Source: an uncultured Clostridia bacterium
Lineage (GTDB): Bacteria > Bacillota > Clostridia > TANB77 > CAG-508
Length of the DNA stretch: 64,000 bases
Assembly (NCBI GenBank): GCA_947626765.1
Contig: CANQTQ010000004.1
Coordinates: 3,502-67,501, forward strand
Reading direction: 5' to 3'
Positions 10,243 through 19,173 of the stretch are shown in pieces. The number at the start of each line of letters is the position of its first letter. The stretch's first letter is position 1. Both the position numbers and the translations under genes were made by a program. The notes beneath the pieces are model-generated. The model was not told where the DNA came from. It searched no databases and was given only the letters and a program-made list of their open reading frames with translations.

Positions 10243-11499
10243 ATGGAATATTTATATATCATACAACAAGCATTAGTATGGACTATAACAATATTCTGGC
10301 TATATCAGTTAGCAATTAGTGTTTGTTCATTGGTAAAATTAAAAGATAAGCCATTGTTAGTAAACAAAAATCATAAATTTATGGCAATTATACCAGCACA
10401 TAATGAGGAAAATGTTGTAGCAGAATTAATAGAGAGCTTAAAAAATCAAAACTATCCAAAAGAATTATTAGACATTTATGTTATTGCAGATAACTGCACA
10501 GACCTTACAGCACAAGTAGCAAGAGATGCTGGAGCAATAGTTTATGAAAGATTTGACCCAAGTAAAAAAACAAAAGGTTATGCTCTAAATTGGTTTTTAA
10601 AGCAAAAAATAGAAGAAAATGCTGACTATGATGCATTTTGTATATTTGATGCAGATAATATTGTAGATAAAGAATTTATTAAAAATATGAACAAAAAACT
10701 TTGTCAAGGTGAAGATGTTGTTCAAGGATATAGAGATATTAAAAATCCTACAGATAACTGGATAACAGCAGGTTATGCTATTTTCTATTGGACAATGAAT
10801 CGTTTTTACCATTTAGCAAGATACAATGTTGGATTATCTCCATTAATAAATGGAACAGGTTTTATGGTAAAATTTGATGTTGTAAAACCAAATGGTTGGG
10901 AAACTAAAACACTAACAGAAGACATCGAGTTTTCTTTAAAAAGAATTATAAAAGGTAAAAAATTAGGTTGGGCAACAGATGCTATTGTTTATGATGAACA
11001 ACCACTTGGATTTAAACAAAGTTGGAATCAAAGAACTAGATGGACAGTTGGACATATGCAATGTATAAAAGAATATACTAAACCACTAGCATTAGCAATT
11101 AAAGAACACAAAACAATAATGAACTTTGACGGATTTTTATATATTATTGGTAGTATTCCTATGTTTGTAGCAACACTTGTACTTTTACTATTAAATTTTA
11201 TTATGTACGCCGGACAAGGAATGACAAGTACAGATTTAATTATAAATGTATTAAGATATTTAATACCAACATTTATATTACCAATTATAACAGCAGTAAT
11301 AATTATGCTATTAGATAAAAGACCTATTAAGCCAATGATAAAAGGCTTACTATGTTATCCATTATTTTTAGGCTCATGGCTTATGATAAACTTTAAATGC
11401 TTATTTAAGCGTGATACAAATTGGGTAAAAATTGAACATATTAGAAAAATTGCAATTAATGAAGTTACTGCTAACGCTAATGTAGAAAAAATTGATTAA
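10243..11499 (+). CDS. Membrane-embedded processive family-2 glycosyltransferase (PgaC/IcaA/cellulose-synthase-like)
   Basis: N-terminal TM; IIPAHNEE, DADN, TEDIEFS and QRTRW (Q-x-x-RW) motifs; several C-terminal TMs. Confidence 0.8.
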   Translation: MEYLYIIQQALVWTITIFWLYQLAISVCSLVKLKDKPLLVNKNHKFMAIIPAHNEENVVAELIESLKNQNYPKELLDIYVIADNCTDLTAQVARDAGAIVYERFDPSKKTKGYALNWFLKQKIEENADYDAFCIFDADNIVDKEFIKNMNKKLCQGEDVVQGYRDIKNPTDNWITAGYAIFYWTMNRFYHLARYNVGLSPLINGTGFMVKFDVVKPNGWETKTLTEDIEFSLKRIIKGKKLGWATDAIVYDEQPLGFKQSWNQRTRWTVGHMQCIKEYTKPLALAIKEHKTIMNFDGFLYIIGSIPMFVATLVLLLLNFIMYAGQGMTSTDLIINVLRYLIPTFILPIITAVIIMLLDKRPIKPMIKGLLCYPLFLGSWLMINFKCLFKRDTNWVKIEHIRKIAINEVTANANVEKID

Positions 11500-11504
11500 A
11501 TTAA

Positions 11505-11551
11505 AAGAATATAAAGTATAAATTATAATAAATACTTTATATTCTTTTTTA
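11505..11551 (+). terminator. Rho-independent terminator
   Basis: aagaatataaagta / tactttatattctt stem followed by a T-run. Confidence 0.7.
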
Positions 11552-11595
11552 TTACTTTAAAATATAAGCTAATTTACATTTAAGATTATTTTAAA

Positions 11596-11703
11596 TTTTA
11601 TATATGCTAATAATTTTATATATGCTAATAATTTTATATATGCTAATAATTTTATATATGTTAATAATTTATATATGCTAATAAATTTATATATGGCAAT
11701 AAA
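11596..11703. repeat. Tandem array of about 6 copies of an 18-nt unit (ATATATGCTAATAATTTT)
   Basis: The ATATATG phase recurs at 11600, 11618, 11636, 11654, 11671 and 11689 (periods 18, 18, 18, 17, 18). Later copies are degenerate. Confidence 0.9.
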
Positions 11704-11758
11704 AAAATTGTCTTTATAATTAAAAATATAGTTTTATAATTAATAACATAGAATTAGC

Positions 11759-13282
11759 TTAATAAATAATATAAACATCTCCAATACAATAATATTCGTA
11801 ATTATTAATATCAATATTCATATCTTTTAAAAATGAATTTATAATTATAAAAGCTTCATTTTCTCCTTTATTTTGCAATTTATTAATAAATTCATTTTTA
11901 TTATGTATATGCACAGAAGATGAGCCATCTAAACCATCTTGACATATAGTATAAACATCTATATTTCTAGAATTACAATAACATATATTATTTTTTTGCA
12001 AAACTTTAGTAGAATAATGCATAGCATCTATATATTTTGCAGAAAAACACCATGAATTACCAATAACAGTAGTATAAGAACTATAAAGATATGATACAAA
12101 ACAAATAAATAATGCAAGATAAATTGCAATAATATTATATTTTAAAAATCTAATTTTACAAACAGCATAAATTCCATAAAAGCTAAAAAACAATGTAGGG
12201 AACCAAATAATATTTATTCTATTAATATTTACACCATTAATAACAATTCCAAGTATAAAACTTAAAATTAGCCATACACCAAAAAAGAAGGTTCCTATAT
12301 TTCTTTTTTCTTTATATTTAATAAAATAAAAAATTCCAATAAAGAAAAATATAATAGATATATGATATACTGTACCAAATATTTTAGTTCCATTCCATTC
12401 TAAACCATCATATTGAGTAAAAAATGTTTTTAATAAGCATGACATATTATTTAAAAAAGTTTTGCCAATATCTTTAGAAAAAAATAGCATATCTGTTGTT
12501 CGAGCATTTTTAGAAAAATACTGAATTGTTATAGGTCCAATAGAAATATTAGTTTCAATTTTTAATGCATTTATAACATACATAGCTAAAATAGGAGAGC
12601 TAAATAGCAAATAAATAATTATGCAAATAACAATTTGTTTTATATTAACAACTTTTTTTGCAAGCAAATAAATTGCACAAATAAGAAGAAATAGTGGAAC
12701 TATATAAACAGAAACTCCATAAGTATACATAGTAAGTGCAAAGAAAAACATAGATAAATATAGCATCCACTTTTTATTAGTTACACCTCTATACAAAAAA
12801 TATACTGATATAAGCATAAAATGTGGAAACATATTACAATCAATAGACCAAATTGATTGTAATAAATGCCATGGACATATACTAACAAATGCCATTGCAC
12901 ATAATGCTAATTTTTTATTATTAAATATATGTTTTACTAAATCATAAAAAACTATAATTGAAATAATACTAATTATAAGCATAGGAAGCCTTATACTTAT
13001 AATAGAAAAACCAAATATTTTTATAAAAAGAACCATTAAATAAACTAGCATTACACTTTGTCCAGCAAAGCCCCAAGCTTCTAAATAAACAGGAAAGCTT
13101 GTGCCATATATATCTACGCCGTTTTCAGCAATTGTTTTAGCATTAATTGCTGTCATAGCTTCATCTACATTTATTTGTGAAATTGCATTAGGCCATGCAA
13201 TAATTCTAACACCAATAGCAATTAATAAAACTAATACAAACAAAATTCTATTAACTTTATTTTCATTTAAATTAAGCTTCAT
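11759..13282 (-). CDS. Polytopic GT-C-type glycosyltransferase (ArnT/PMT, family 39/83-like)
   Basis: 507 aa, more than 10 TMs, first-loop acidic motif INVDEAM. Paralogous architecture to the two neighbouring genes. Confidence 0.65.
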   Translation of the reverse strand: MKLNLNENKVNRILFVLVLLIAIGVRIIAWPNAISQINVDEAMTAINAKTIAENGVDIYGTSFPVYLEAWGFAGQSVMLVYLMVLFIKIFGFSIISIRLPMLIISIISIIVFYDLVKHIFNNKKLALCAMAFVSICPWHLLQSIWSIDCNMFPHFMLISVYFLYRGVTNKKWMLYLSMFFFALTMYTYGVSVYIVPLFLLICAIYLLAKKVVNIKQIVICIIIYLLFSSPILAMYVINALKIETNISIGPITIQYFSKNARTTDMLFFSKDIGKTFLNNMSCLLKTFFTQYDGLEWNGTKIFGTVYHISIIFFFIGIFYFIKYKEKRNIGTFFFGVWLILSFILGIVINGVNINRINIIWFPTLFFSFYGIYAVCKIRFLKYNIIAIYLALFICFVSYLYSSYTTVIGNSWCFSAKYIDAMHYSTKVLQKNNICYCNSRNIDVYTICQDGLDGSSSVHIHNKNEFINKLQNKGENEAFIIINSFLKDMNIDINNYEYYCIGDVYIIY

Positions 13283-14816
13283 TTGTTTTCTCCTTATTTA
13301 TTTTCTCTTTTTTAAAAATACTTTTAATATTAGAAGTATTAATAGCTATAGAAGCGGCAGGAATTAATACAACAATATAAGGAATTATATATCTAGATTT
13401 TGCTTCCCATAATATATGAAATGCAAATCCTCCTATAAATATAGTAACTAAAAATATTAATTCAAGAGATAAATTTTTCCTATTTTGTATTAAAACTATT
13501 AAACTACATACACAAGTTACTATTAAAAGCACTTTTTGATAAAATGTTAATGGTTTTGCTATATTTTCTAAAGGGTCATTTTCCATAGTAAGATTACTTC
13601 TTATAGCAGAGTATGTATTTTCTGCCCACATTGAAGCAATTTTTGAAGTATAAAACTCAAAGGTATAGCCAATGTTTTGTGAAAAATATGTTAATCTATC
13701 TTTAATTCTTTGAACATATTCAGTTTTAATTTCAGGATTTTTTAAAGCAGGTTCCCCAATACCCTCGTCATACCAACCATTACCTCTATAGCTACTATCA
13801 CTCATTGCCATAAGAATATAGCTTACCATAGGGTAAGATTTATTTTTATCCATGTCATATTTATTTAAATAATAGTTTTGAACCAATGTAGTTGGAACAA
13901 TTGATATAACTATATATAAAGCAATCATTATTACATTTAACAATTTTTCTTTCCATGCTTTTTTAGTAAATTCATTAAATAAGTTTAGTAACAAATATAT
14001 TGTTGTTGCAATTATAAAAATTAAGCTATTCATTCTCATCATATATGCAAACATTGTAAAAATAGAAGCAATTATAATATATTTTATATTTTTAGTTTCT
14101 GTATATCTCATTGTTAAATAAACTGCAAGTAAACATAGAGCTAAGCTTGGAATATCTCCATATATAAAGGTCGAAAGCATTGGTAAAGATATAAAAGTTA
14201 AACTTAAAATTAACATTAAAACTCTGTTTACTTTATATTTTTTAGATAAATGATTAGTTATTTTATATAAAGAGAAAATAATAACTGCAATTCCAATAAC
14301 ATTTAATACTCTTAATACTCCAATACCGTCAAAATGTATTATTCTAAAGAAAAGACTATATACAAAAGCTAAAGAAATTTGTTGATGATATGCTTGCATA
14401 TAATCACTTAAAGGAATACCAGCATAAGTTAGGTTTGGTAAAAATTCGTATGCATTATTTCTGTAAAAAGTTTGTGCTAAATTACAAGCATGAATTTGGT
14501 CTCCTACTATTGCAGGTCTTACAAAAATAGTCCATAGTATAGTAAATAACATATAAGCAGCTATAGAAACTATAAATAAAATTTTTCTAACCTTTTTTTT
14601 GGAATCTAAATTTTCATTATTATATAACTTCTTATCTATAAATTTTGAACATACAAACATTAGAATTCCTAAAATTATAAGTGAAATAATATAAAAAAGT
14701 GAATTATAATTTATAGTAATGTGTTCACCTGAATCAAGGCTTGCTGTAAATAATAAATTTACAATAATTGTTATACTTAAAAAAATTAATGCGCAAATAT
14801 ATATAATCTTCTTCAA
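13272..14816 (-). CDS. Polytopic GT-C-type glycosyltransferase paralogue
   Basis: 514 aa, multi-TM. Its 3' end overlaps the start of the downstream gene by 11 nt, which suggests an operon. Confidence 0.6.
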   Translation of the reverse strand: MKKIIYICALIFLSITIIVNLLFTASLDSGEHITINYNSLFYIISLIILGILMFVCSKFIDKKLYNNENLDSKKKVRKILFIVSIAAYMLFTILWTIFVRPAIVGDQIHACNLAQTFYRNNAYEFLPNLTYAGIPLSDYMQAYHQQISLAFVYSLFFRIIHFDGIGVLRVLNVIGIAVIIFSLYKITNHLSKKYKVNRVLMLILSLTFISLPMLSTFIYGDIPSLALCLLAVYLTMRYTETKNIKYIIIASIFTMFAYMMRMNSLIFIIATTIYLLLNLFNEFTKKAWKEKLLNVIMIALYIVISIVPTTLVQNYYLNKYDMDKNKSYPMVSYILMAMSDSSYRGNGWYDEGIGEPALKNPEIKTEYVQRIKDRLTYFSQNIGYTFEFYTSKIASMWAENTYSAIRSNLTMENDPLENIAKPLTFYQKVLLIVTCVCSLIVLIQNRKNLSLELIFLVTIFIGGFAFHILWEAKSRYIIPYIVVLIPAASIAINTSNIKSIFKKEKINKEKTNEA

Positions 14817-15073
14817 AACTATTTACCTCCAACAATACATAATCATAAAAAAATTATATCATACATGTTTTTTATTGTATAGAAAAAATTAAACATTTTA
14901 TGACAAAATATGAACTATAAAAAAAGATAAATTTGTTTCACATCATTGACTAACATATAAACTATAAAAAAAGATAAAGTTTAAGTATTGAGAAACAAAA
15001 TTTTATATGATAAAATTAAAAATGTGAATTTAATATAAAAAGTTTAATAAAGAAAGAGAGGAAATATGGTTAT

Positions 15074-16642
15074 TTGTTATATTTAAGTAATCATAATCAT
15101 AAAATGAAAAGTACAAAAATTAACTTAAAATACATACATATTGGCATTATAATACTCGGAATAATATTTATATCATTATCAATATTTCATACAAGCCTAT
15201 GGTTTGACGAAAGCTATTCTGTAGGAATAGCAAGCAAAAGCTTTATTGATATATATTTAATTGGAAGCAATGATGTACATCCAATATTATATTATTATAT
15301 ACTACATATTTTTTATTTAATATTTGGTACAAACTTATATGTATATAGGCTATTATCTATGATACCACTTGCAATATTAAGTATTATTGGCTATACACAT
15401 ATTAGAAAAGACTTTGGAGAAAAAGTAGGATTATTATTTTCTTTATTTACGCTTTTTTTACCACTTAATTGTGTATATTCTGGAGAAATTAGAATGTACA
15501 CTTGGGCAATGTTATTAGTAAGCCTAATGGCAATTTATGCGTATAGAATTTATATAAAATCATCTTACAAAAATTGGGCTTTATTTGCTATTTTTAGTGT
15601 TTCATCAGCATATATACACTATTATTCGTTAGCAACAGCCTTTATTATTAATTTAATATTGTTTATTTATTTTATAAAAAAGGCAATAAATGATAGAAAA
15701 AAAGATAGTAAATCTAAAATTTATACTACTGAACTAAAATGTTTTACTGTTTCAGCAATTTCACAAATTTTAATATATTCACCATGGCTAATATGCGTTT
15801 GGCAGCAAGTTTTAGGACTATCAAATGGATTTTGGATTAGTGGTCCAACTTTAAAATTATTTTTGGAAATATTTATTTTTCAATTTACAGGAAATTTGGA
15901 TGTAAAATATATAAACCAAAATATTGCAATCTTATATGGAATAATCACATTAGCATATACTATTTATTGCATTATTAAAATGCATTTCAAAGATAAAGAA
16001 ATAGAAAAAAGAAAAACTAATAATGCAGGAGTATGGGCAATAGGTGTTTATTTTTTAGTAATGCTATTTATTCTTATTATTTGCATAAAAAAACCTCTTT
16101 TATATCCAAGATATTTTCTAACCTTAACGGGCTTATTTATATTTTTCTTATCATTTTATATGGCAAATGGAGGAAAAAAGTTACTTACAGTAATAATAAG
16201 TGTAATTACAATAATAGTTTCAACTACAGTTAATTATAAAATGATAAAAATAAATTATGCAAAATCAAACAATGAGCCAATAGAGTATGTTAAAGAAGAT
16301 TTAAAACAAGACGATATGATCATTTTTGAAAACGAAAGTGGTAGTGGATTTGTTCTTAGCATGCATTTTGAAGATATACAAAATTGCTTCTATGATGCAG
16401 AAAACTGGAATGTAGAACCAGCCTATAAAGCTTTTGGAAAAGACTTATTATATATTAATAATTTAGATGAACTAAATGACTATAAAGGAAGAATTTGGGT
16501 TGTAGATTCAGATAATTATGCTCTTTATAATAAATTATTAGATAAATATGGAGAAAATGATATTACTTTATTAAAGCAAAATCAATTCAATACAGAATAT
16601 CATACCTATAGATATCAAATTAGCTTAATAAATAAAAAATAA
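15074..16642 (+). CDS. Polytopic GT-C-type glycosyltransferase paralogue
   Basis: 522 aa, multi-TM, first-loop motif SLWFDESYS as in ArnT/PMT-like enzymes. Start uncertain: TTG 15074 or ATG 15104. Confidence 0.6.
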   Translation: MLYLSNHNHKMKSTKINLKYIHIGIIILGIIFISLSIFHTSLWFDESYSVGIASKSFIDIYLIGSNDVHPILYYYILHIFYLIFGTNLYVYRLLSMIPLAILSIIGYTHIRKDFGEKVGLLFSLFTLFLPLNCVYSGEIRMYTWAMLLVSLMAIYAYRIYIKSSYKNWALFAIFSVSSAYIHYYSLATAFIINLILFIYFIKKAINDRKKDSKSKIYTTELKCFTVSAISQILIYSPWLICVWQQVLGLSNGFWISGPTLKLFLEIFIFQFTGNLDVKYINQNIAILYGIITLAYTIYCIIKMHFKDKEIEKRKTNNAGVWAIGVYFLVMLFILIICIKKPLLYPRYFLTLTGLFIFFLSFYMANGGKKLLTVIISVITIIVSTTVNYKMIKINYAKSNNEPIEYVKEDLKQDDMIIFENESGSGFVLSMHFEDIQNCFYDAENWNVEPAYKAFGKDLLYINNLDELNDYKGRIWVVDSDNYALYNKLLDKYGENDITLLKQNQFNTEYHTYRYQISLINKK

Positions 16643-16668
16643 AAATATTTATTGAAGGAGAGAAAAAA

Positions 16669-17586
16669 TTGCAAATTTTTAATAATACAAATCAAACAGA
16701 AGATATAAAAGTATATGCTTTTGTTGGACCATCTGGTACAGGAAAAAGCTATAGAGCACAGATGGTAGCAAATGAAAATGGAATTAGCTATATTATAGAC
16801 GATGGTTTATTAATTAATGAAAATAATGTTGTTTGTGGTACATCTGCTAAAAAAGCACCTACAAAATTAGAAACAGTAAAAGGTGCAATATTTATAAATG
16901 AAAAAGATAGAAATGAAATGAAAAAGGCTATAAAAAAATATAAACCAGAATCAATTTTAATTTTAGGTACATCTGATGGAATGATTCAAAAAATTACAGA
17001 AAATTTAGGACTTCCAGAACCTTGTAAAACAATATATATTCAAGATGTAGCAACAGAAACAGAAATGGAAACAGCTAAAAGAATACGCACAACTCAAGGA
17101 AAACATGTTATACCAGTACCTACATTTGAAATAAAAAAAGATTTTTCAGGCTATATTTTAGACCCACTTCAAATATTTAAATTAAAGGAAAAAGGAGATC
17201 AGCCATATATGGCTGAAAAATCAATTATAAGACCAACATTTAGTTATTTAGGAAATTTTACTATTTCAGATACTGTATTTAGACAAATTGCAGAATATTT
17301 AGCTAAGCGCTCAGATGCAATATATAAAGTAATAAGAACAAGAGTAGAAAGCAAACCAGAAGGACCAAATATATATATGGAAGTTTCTATTAACTATGGT
17401 TATAACATATTAGATGCATTAAGAGAATTTAAACAAAAAATAAAAAAAGAAATTGAAATTTTAACAACTATGACTGTACAAAACATAACTATTGTAGCAA
17501 AAGGAATTCATATGGAAGAAAATAAAGACTTAAATAGCAATGATGAAAATAACAATGATGAAAACAGCAATGAAGATACATATTAA
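16669..17586 (+). CDS. P-loop protein fused to an Asp23/Gls24-like (DUF322) C-terminal domain
   Basis: TTG start after RBS aaggagag. Walker A GPSGTGKS. The C-terminal ~110 aa (FTISDTVFRQIAEYL...VQNITIVAKGIH) resembles the Asp23 family. Confidence 0.6.
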   Translation: MQIFNNTNQTEDIKVYAFVGPSGTGKSYRAQMVANENGISYIIDDGLLINENNVVCGTSAKKAPTKLETVKGAIFINEKDRNEMKKAIKKYKPESILILGTSDGMIQKITENLGLPEPCKTIYIQDVATETEMETAKRIRTTQGKHVIPVPTFEIKKDFSGYILDPLQIFKLKEKGDQPYMAEKSIIRPTFSYLGNFTISDTVFRQIAEYLAKRSDAIYKVIRTRVESKPEGPNIYMEVSINYGYNILDALREFKQKIKKEIEILTTMTVQNITIVAKGIHMEENKDLNSNDENNNDENSNEDTY

Positions 17587-17601
17587 ATAGGAGGAATAAA
17601 T

Positions 17602-18276
17602 ATGGCTTTTATTGTAGCAATAGATGGACCATCTGGCACAGGAAAAGGTACTATAACAAAACTAATTGCAAAAGAAATGGGATTATTAAATATAGATACG
17701 GGTTCAATGTATCGCAGTTTAGCCCTTAAATGCTTAAATATGGGAATTAATACATTAGATAATAAAGAAAAAATTATAGAAATTGCAAAAAATATTAATA
17801 TAGAAATAAAACATAATGAAGAAAATCAGGAAATATTTTTAGATGGAGAAAATGTAACAAGTAAAATACGAACAAAAGAAGTAACAGCATTTTCTTCACC
17901 AGTATCTTCTGTGCCAGAAGTTAGAAAAATTATGGTAGATATGCAAAGAAAAATGGCAGAAAATAAAAGTGTAATAATGGAAGGAAGAGATATTACTACA
18001 GTTGTATTTCCAAATGCAAATGTCAAAATTTATTTAGATGCTAGTGTAGAAGAAAGAGCTAGAAGAAGATTTGCAGAAAATATGGAAAAAGGTATACAAA
18101 TGTCTTTTGAAGAAACTTTAAAAGCAATGGAAAAAAGAGATTATGACGATAGCCATAGAGAAGCAGGACCTTTAAAAATAGCAGAAGATGCTATAATAAT
18201 AGATACTACAAATATGACAATTGAAGAAGTAAAAGACGAAGTTGAAAAAATTATTAACGATTCAAAAGCAAAGTAG
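17602..18276 (+). CDS. cmk: Cytidylate kinase
   Basis: GPSGTGKGT, DTGSMYR and EGRDITTVVFP motifs. Confidence 0.95.
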   Translation: MAFIVAIDGPSGTGKGTITKLIAKEMGLLNIDTGSMYRSLALKCLNMGINTLDNKEKIIEIAKNINIEIKHNEENQEIFLDGENVTSKIRTKEVTAFSSPVSSVPEVRKIMVDMQRKMAENKSVIMEGRDITTVVFPNANVKIYLDASVEERARRRFAENMEKGIQMSFEETLKAMEKRDYDDSHREAGPLKIAEDAIIIDTTNMTIEEVKDEVEKIINDSKAK

Positions 18277-18294
18277 AAAGGAATAATTATAAAA

Positions 18295-18882
18295 ATGATT
18301 AGAAAAATAGTTATAACTTTATTACGCATATTTTTACTAATAGCATTCAGAATAAAAAAAGTAGGTCAGGAAAATATAAAAAAAGAAGGAGCATATATTG
18401 TATGTGCAAATCATAGGTCAAACTGGGATCCACCAATTTTAGTATCTTCTATAAAAAGAGTTTCATACATAATGGCAAAAGAAGAACTATTTAAAAATAA
18501 TTTTATTAAATGGATTGCAAAAAAATGTTGTGTTTTTCCAGTAAAAAGAGGAAAAATGGACTTAGAGTCTGTAAAATTTGCTTTAAAAGTTTTAAAAGAT
18601 GAACAAATTCTAGTTATTTACCCAGAAGGAACTAGAAATGGAATGGAAAAGAACGGAAAAGCACAAAACGGTACTGCATTTATGGCACTAAGGACTGGCG
18701 TTCCTGTAATACCTGTAGGAATACAAGGAACTCTAAAACCATTTCATAAAGTAACATTAAATTTTGGAAAACCATTAGATTTTAGTGAATATAAAACAAA
18801 TAAACCAGATAAAGAGCTATTAGATAAAGTAAGCAAAGAAATAATGGACAATATAATTATGTTGACAAATGAGAAGATTTAA
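18295..18882 (+). CDS. plsC: 1-acyl-sn-glycerol-3-phosphate acyltransferase
   Basis: NHRSNWDP (H-x4-D) and YPEGTR motifs. Confidence 0.9.
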   Translation: MIRKIVITLLRIFLLIAFRIKKVGQENIKKEGAYIVCANHRSNWDPPILVSSIKRVSYIMAKEELFKNNFIKWIAKKCCVFPVKRGKMDLESVKFALKVLKDEQILVIYPEGTRNGMEKNGKAQNGTAFMALRTGVPVIPVGIQGTLKPFHKVTLNFGKPLDFSEYKTNKPDKELLDKVSKEIMDNIIMLTNEKI

Positions 18883-18971
18883 TTTATAATAGTAATGTTG
18901 AGGCTAAATTTTTAATTAAACGATAATAAACAAAATTTATACATTATATATTACAAGATAATTACATTAGA

Positions 18972-19088
18972 GCTAGAATAGTACTAGTTTTCTTGTTTTT
19001 TAAATTGCCCGTTGCTAGGTAAGCAAGCTCAAAGAAGTAACTTAAGAACGGGACCTCCAAAAAATGCGAAAACTAGTACTATTCTAGC
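18972..19088. repeat. Perfect 21-bp inverted repeat enclosing a 75-nt GC-richer core, in the typA leader
   Basis: gctagaatagtactagttttc (18972-18992) is the exact reverse complement of gaaaactagtactattctagc (19068-19088). Inner hairpin cccgtt...aacggg. Confidence 0.85.
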
Positions 19089-19173
19089 GGGTTAACCATA
19101 AAACTATTAATTAGTAAACATTATATTCTTTATTGTAATATATTAATACATTTAGAAAAAGGGGAAATAAAAA

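Noticed and set aside
10056-10262. ORFs in extremely AT-rich spacers (10056..10262, 22544..22814, 46540..46824, 50609..50812, 58258..58449, 49346..49615).
   Set aside because: Low-complexity Ile/Phe/Tyr/Lys products in promoter or leader regions, with no RBS. They are most simply chance ORFs.
11596-11703. The tandem repeat as a CRISPR array.
   Set aside because: The units are directly adjacent (period 18) with no unique spacers, and no cas genes are nearby.
16033-16233. 66-aa ORF overlapping the third GT-C gene in another frame.
   Set aside because: It is embedded in a continuous 522-aa membrane-protein ORF and has no RBS.
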